Translations under genes and position numbers: made by a program
Part shown: positions 57,240 to 64,000 of the stretch, in pieces
How the letters are laid out: the number at the start of each line of letters is the position of its first letter
Numbering within the stretch: position 1 is the first letter of the stretch
Notes under the pieces: generated by a model
The model's input: the letters and a program-made list of their open reading frames with translations, nothing else
The model's database searches: none
Told to the model about the DNA's origin: nothing
NCBI GenBank assembly: GCA_951406725.2
Contig: OX597839.1
Coordinates: 26,598,001 to 26,662,000 of the forward strand
Length of the DNA: 64,000 nt
Direction: 5' to 3'
DNA from: Octopus vulgaris
Taxonomy: Eukaryota

Positions 57240-58952
57240 CAGGTGTGACAGCTGTTGCATTTCATTCATACAGATTATCTGAATGAATGACAAAACCCAC
57301 CAAGCACACACCTGAGTGAAATGAACCTAGGTGAGATACTTTGGAAAGAGAAACAACAAAAGAAGCAAAGAGAGAGAGAGAGAGAGGGGGGAGGGGGGCA
57401 GAAGAGAAGGACAACACAGATTTAGTCAGCTTGTTGTTGTTTTTCTTGTTATTTCTCTTTAACCTCAGGTAAGCATTTATTAGGCGGAGGTAAGAGGTTG
57501 AATGACCCAAAAACCAACCCACTGGCTTTGTGGTTTGGCTTTGCAGTTTTAAGCTCTTTTGTTTAACGTGGCTGTGTGGTAAGAAGCTTGCTTCACAGCC
57601 ACATGGTTCCAGGTTCGGTTCCACTGCGTGGCACCTTGGACAAGTGTCTTCTACTGTTGCCTTGTGCCAACTAAAACTTTGTGAGTAGATTTGGTAGACG
57701 GAAACTGAAAGAAGCCCATCTTGTATGTATATACTCTTACTCTTTATTCTTTTAATTGTTTCAGTCATTTGACTGCGGCCATGCTGGAGCACCGCCTTTA
57801 GTCGAGCAAGTCGACCCCGGGGCTTATTCTTTGTAAGCCCAGTACTTGTTCTATCGGTCTCTTTTGCCGAACCACTAAGTGACAGGGACGTAAACACACC
57901 AGCATCCGTTGTCAAGCAATGCTAGGGGGACAAACACAGACACACAAACATATACACACACACATATATATATATACATATATACGATAGGCTTCTTTCA
58001 GTTTCCGTCTACCAAATCCACTCACAAGGCATTGGTTGGCCCGGGGCTATAGCAGGAGACACTTGCCCAAGATGCCACACAGTGGGGCTGAACCCGGAAC
58101 CATGTGGTTGGTAAGCAAGCTACTTACCACACAGCCACTCCTGCGCCTATATATATATATAATTTAGAGACGAATCACCACTAATAATAATAGTTTCAAA
58201 TTTTTCCACAAGAGCAACCATTTTGGGGGAGGGGACTAGTCGATTACATAGACCCCTCCCCCAGTGTTTCACTGGTACTTAATTTATTGACCCCCGAAAG
58301 GATGACACTGTAGTACACCTCCAGCGTTAGAAGCTGTGCAAAGGCAATTATAATAATGATAATGAACTTGTTGTATCTAGTGCCCAGGTGCATTATAACC
58401 CATCAGAAAATGTGGCCCAGGGTGCACGGACCGTATATAGAATAATGCACAGGAAGTGAGCAATGAATGAGTCATTAACAAAAAAGGGTGGGGTGTATCA
58501 GGTGTATTCATTGTTGGTGAATTTCTGTAAACAAGGAAGTTTTGAAGGATAAAGTGTCCTGACAGCTAGTAATTGATAGGGGCAGTTTATTCTATGCTTT
58601 AGCAATTCTAAGCATGAAAAAGTGTTTCTGAAAGTCATGGGTGTTGTTTTTTTTTAAATTTCTTTTTTTTTTTATTTTGTAAGCATGTCCACAAGTGTTA
58701 GATCCATGGAACTAAAATGGTGCCCAAATTTTGAAGGAAGATTTTAATTTGGATCACTTTAGGTGCAGGAGTGGCTGTGTGGTAAGTAGCTTGCTTACCA
58801 ACCACATGGTTCCGGGTCCAGTCCCACTGTGTGGCACCTTGGGCAAGTGTCTTCTGCTATAGCCCCGGGCCACCAAAGCCTTGTGAGTGTATCTGGTAGA
58901 CGGAAACTGGAAGATGCCCGTTGTGTATATGTATATATATATATATATATAT

Positions 58953-59182
58953 AAAATGAGGGCAGAAGAAAAATTCTAATGCCAAATATGCCGAAAAAGA
59001 CAAAATTGTCAATAACCATTATAATTTATGCGTCTCGAAACAAGCCGATAGAAATTTCTAAAAAAACATCCGTTATTACCGTATTGGTCTCTTGTTTTGA
59101 GACGCTTAAATTATAAAGGTTATTGACAATTTTGTCTTTTTCGGCATATTTGACATTAGAATTTTTCTTTTGCCCTTATTTT
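58953..59182. repeat. ~90-bp-arm inverted repeat inserted in the (TA)n tract of a SINE A copy
   Basis: 58953-59044 is the near-perfect reverse complement of 59091-59182. Confidence 0.8.
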
Positions 59183-59767
59183 ATATGTTATTTATAAATT
59201 TAACCTTTAAAGGTATTTTTTGATATGCTAGCCATTGATAAAATTTTTTTTTTTTCAAAAAAAATTTTATCCGTCATTAGTTGTATATATATATGTGTGT
59301 GTGTGTGTGTGTTTGTATGTCTGTGTTTGTCCCCCCAACATCGTTTGACAACCGATGCTGGTGTGTTTACTTCCCTGTAACTTAGCGGTTCGGCAAAAGA
59401 GACCGAAAGAACTGGGGTCGATTTGCTCGACTAAAGGCAGTGCTCCAGCATGGCTGCAGTCAAATGACTGAAACAAATAAAAGAGTAAAAGTGTACTGCC
59501 TTCATTACTACACTGCTAATGAAATACACTGCCTTTGTTTTAATTAATTTTGAAACTAACGAAGGATTTAGTAAAATAGCTTTGTCATAATTAAGTTAGT
59601 GTTTGAAAGGTTAAGCTGAAATTTGGAAGGAAGGTTTTCATTGAGATCACTTTAAGCCTTTTGTTACCATATTGCTGTTGAAATACTCTGCCTTTGTTTC
59701 AGTGAATTTTTGAGAATCATGAAGAGGCAGGATTTTGTAGTCAGGTGCCATTCCTGTTGCCAACCAT

Positions 59768-60281
59768 TACCTATATCTTTACTACCCACAAGGTGCTAAA
59801 CACAGAGGGGACAAACAAGGACAGACAAACGGATTAAATCGATTATATCGACCCCAGTGCGTAACTGGTAGTTATTTAATCGACCCTGAAAGGATGAAAG
59901 GCAAAGTCGACCTCGGCAGAATTTGAACTGAGAACGTAGCGGCAGACGAAATACCTACTTCTTTACTACCCACAAGGGGCTAAACACAGAGGGGACAAAC
60001 AAGGACAGACAAACGGATTAAATCAATTATATCGACCCCAGTGCGTAACTGGTAGTTATTTAATCGACCCTGAAAGGATGAAAGGCAAAGTCGACCTCGG
60101 CGGAATTTGAACTGAGAACGTAGCGGCAGACGAAATACCTACTTCTTTACTACCAACAAGGGGCTAAACACAGAGGGGACAAACAAGGACAGACAAAGAG
60201 ATTAAGTCGATTATATCGACCCCAGTGCGTAACTGGTACTTATTTAATCGACCCCGAAAGGATGAAAGGCAAAGTCGACCA
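59768..60281 (-). mobile_element. SINE family D as a head-to-tail array of 184-bp units; other copies at ~12125-12505 (-), 51640-51875 (+), 52620-52955 (+) and 58190-58310 (-)
   Basis: Unit start CTTTACTACC at 59777, 59961 and 60145. B-box GAGTTCAAATTC and core GTCGACTTTGCCTTTCATCCTTTCGGGGTCGAT. Flanked by the direct repeat ACCATTACCT. Confidence 0.88.
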
Positions 60282-61000
60282 TTACCTGTTTCTTAAGTAA
60301 GGGATTTTTGTATTTTATTCCAAGAAGTGCAGAGGAAACCACCAGTCGTAATGTCACCATGTCAGAATAATACAATGATGCTGTTAATGATGGTGATGGT
60401 CATGATGATGATGATCATAATGATGATGGTGACAGTGGAGATGATGATGATGGTGGTGTTGATGACGGAAGTAGAGGTGATGATGAGGTGAACGGGGAGG
60501 AGGAAGAGGAGGATGATATCGGTGGGGGTGATGGTAGCGATTGTGATGATGATGATGATGATTATGTTTATGATGATGATCATCATCATGATGACAATGG
60601 AGATGAGGATGGTGGTGATGTTGATGATGAGGAGGAGGCAGAAGAGGAGGGTGAATGCCGACGGGTGGGGGTGATGATGAAGGTGTTTACATTGATAATG
60701 ACCCACGTGTACACATGTACACACTCACAAATATGACTCTTTTGATGGTATTGGTGGTGGTGGTGGCGTGGAATTGGTATGTGTGTGTGTGGGGGGGTTG
60801 CATTGGAGCCTTTTTTCCTTTTTCCTTCCATGCTTTCTCACCCAGCCAGTGGTACTTGCTTTGCATAGTTTTGTGGGATGGGAGCTTCTTTTTTTATTTT
60901 TTGTTACCACGGATGCTGTTATTATTAATAATAGGAACCATTATTATTATTATAATATTATTATTATTATTATTATTGGTAGTAGTAGTAGTAGTAGTGC

Positions 61001-61068
<68 letters not shown>

Positions 61069-61288
61069 GAACCATTATATTGTTGTTGTTGTTATTTTCT
61101 ATTTTGTTACATGGAGGATTGTCATCAGAAATCTTTTTTTTTTTTAAATAAAAAACAAAGACAAAACAAAAAACAAAGATACAAAAAAAAAGACCAGAAA
61201 ACCTGCCTAAACTGGTTTTTCTTTTTTTTCATTTTTTTAGGAATTTCCATTATACAACTATATCAATAACTCTGTGTGTGTGTATTTA

Positions 61289-61800
<512 letters not shown>

Positions 61801-62228
61801 CTTTGTATGTATGTATGTATGTATGTTTTTGTATGTGTTTACATTAGTTCTGTGAATCAGAGAGGAAGAGAAAGGGGGGTTGGTGTGTGCAGGGTTTGTT
61901 TTTGTAGTTTTATATATATATTTATATATGACACACACACACACACACACACACACATATTAGCAGAAGGAAAGAGCGACATTTCACAGACATTTTGTAC
62001 CCTTAAGGAAATTCTCAGACACAATTAGCATGGCACTACGCGTGAGAGAAAGAGAAAAGAGAGAGATAGAGGTGGGGGCTGGACTATTGAAATAAATATA
62101 TTATTCATTTTGTAGGCTTCTGCACAGTTTCACTTCAGGCAATTTTCAAGATCTCACTGACCAAGGATGGGAAGAAAAACGGACACATGCTGTGTGGTGG
62201 GATTGAAACTGGAACTTCACTCAGTCAT

Positions 62229-62262
<34 letters not shown>

Positions 62263-62829
62263 GTCTGCATGATGTGTGTATGTTGTATTTGTGACGTGTG
62301 TGTGCGTGTATGTGTGCTTGCGTAATGTGTGCTTGCATGATAGGTTCATGTGTTGTGCATGTGTGTTTGTGTGTGTTTGTATGTGCGTGTGTGTGCATAA
62401 TGTGTGCATGACGTGTGTGGGTATGTTGTATGTGTTGATGTGAGTGTGTGTGTGTGCATGTGTGATGTGTGTGTGTTGTGTGCGTGATAGGTTCATGTGT
62501 TCTGTGCATGTGTGTGTATGTGTTTGTTTGTATGTGTGTGTGCGTAATGCGTGCATGACTCGTGTGTGTGCACGCATGATGTGTGTGTGTTGTGTGCATG
62601 TGTGTATATAAATATACTTATACCCCTAGCATAAAGTCAACTGTCTCCCCCACCACACGTCCATCGGGGTTTATAGCACCCACTACACTCACGGAGTGGT
62701 TGGCGTTCAGAAGGGCATCCAGCTGTAGAAACTTTGCCAGATCAAGATTGGAGTCTGGTGCAGCCATCTGGCTCACCAGCCCTCAGTCAAAATCGTCCAA
62801 CCCATGCTAGCATGGAAAGCGGACGTTAA

Positions 62830-62861
<32 letters not shown>

Positions 62862-62869
62862 ACCATATA

Positions 62870-63270
62870 TCAATGATGGCTGTCCATTCGTAACTGAGGA
62901 TGACCATCACTGACCATTGCCCTTGCAAACTGTCAGCCATGCCTGTGTATAAAGTTATTTCACCTGTGGTTGGCTTTACCTGGGTTCACATTCAGTTTCC
63001 AGGCCTGCAGTGGTGCCCCCCTACACGACTGGGTCTCAGAAAGTCACCTTGCCTGTTATCAGGCAGCCTGAAAGTTTTGGGTCCAGTAAGGCTTGCACAG
63101 CACCTCACGGACCTTCTCCACCCCGTTGACATGGTTGAGAGGCAAACCTGGGTAGGGTAGCCAGTGCTCGTATAGGTCACTGGTTCAGAAATAATGTGGG
63201 AGTGCCGTGGTCTCAAACGGAAACAAAAGATCCCCAAAATGTCCAATGCCATTCCCTGCATTTCTGGTTT
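62870..63270 (-). mobile_element. Possible 5' UTR fragment of a non-LTR retrotransposon
   Basis: GC-richer island with no convincing ORF or splice signals; resembles RTE 5' UTRs by general appearance only. Confidence 0.3.
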
Positions 63271-64000
63271 TATATCAGAGCGAACCTCTCTTAGAGATAT
63301 GCTTTAACAAAAGCTGAGGGGATCTATGGCTGGTTGGCTGGATGGGTGGATGGATTGACGGAGGGAGGGAGGGATGGATGGATGGACAGATGGATGGATT
63401 GATGGATTGACGGCAGGATGGATAGATAGATGGATTGACGGATGGACGGATAGATGGATGGATGGACAGATGGATTAATGGATGGATAGACGAATGGATG
63501 GGTGGATTGACGGGTGGATGGATGGACAGATGGATAGATCTATGGATGGATGGATGGATAGATGAATGGATGGATGGATTGACGGCGGGATGGATGGACA
63601 GATGGGTGGATTGACGGATAGATGGATGGACGGATAGATGGATGGATAGAGAGATTGATGGATGGATAGATCTATGGATGGATGGATTGACGGATGGATG
63701 GATGGATGGACAGATGGATAGATCTATGGATGGATGGATGGATAGAAGGATGGACGGACAGATGGATTGATGGATGGACAGATGGATAGATCTATGGATG
63801 GATGGATTTATAGACGAATGGATGGATGGATAGACGAATGGATGGATGGATGGATTGATGGATAGATCTATGGATGGATCTGTGGCTTGGTAGATGGACG
63901 AGCGACTATGCTATGCAATACAAACCTTACCAGTTCCAACAGCACAACAACAACAAACAACCCTTTGGGTTTCTTTGAGATATTCTGGCAGGAAGCCAAA

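Noticed and set aside
60488-60736. Acidic D/E-rich ORF
   Set aside because: Degenerate (GAT)n repeat with no MKS1 similarity and no clear splice sites.

Overview
AT-rich, repeat-saturated eukaryotic DNA; the SINE/LINE complement and microsatellite load look like an octopus (coleoid cephalopod) genome (inference). Nearly all ORFs in the supplied track are microsatellite or repeat artefacts. One real protein-coding gene, missed by the ORF track, can be spliced by eye: the first four coding exons of the ciliary transition-zone gene MKS1 on the + strand (36417-36496, 52249-52393, 53254-53336, 55036-55102), continuing beyond the window. It sits head-to-head with a probable minus-strand first exon at ~35.5 kb. 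The interval between them is a ~200-bp-period tandem array that repeats an RFX X-box-like motif. The rest is a decayed near-full-length RTE LINE (22.5-26 kb, minus), a younger RTE 3' end with an internal ~65-bp repeat array, four or five tRNA-derived SINE families, MITEs (TTAA/piggyBac-like, mariner-, pogo-, hAT- and Merlin/Mutator-like) and Helitrons. Several fold-back Penelope-like relics carry minimal hammerhead ribozyme cores. A candidate recursive splice site and a candidate miRNA-like hairpin are also flagged. Coordinates were read by eye; repeat boundaries are approximate.
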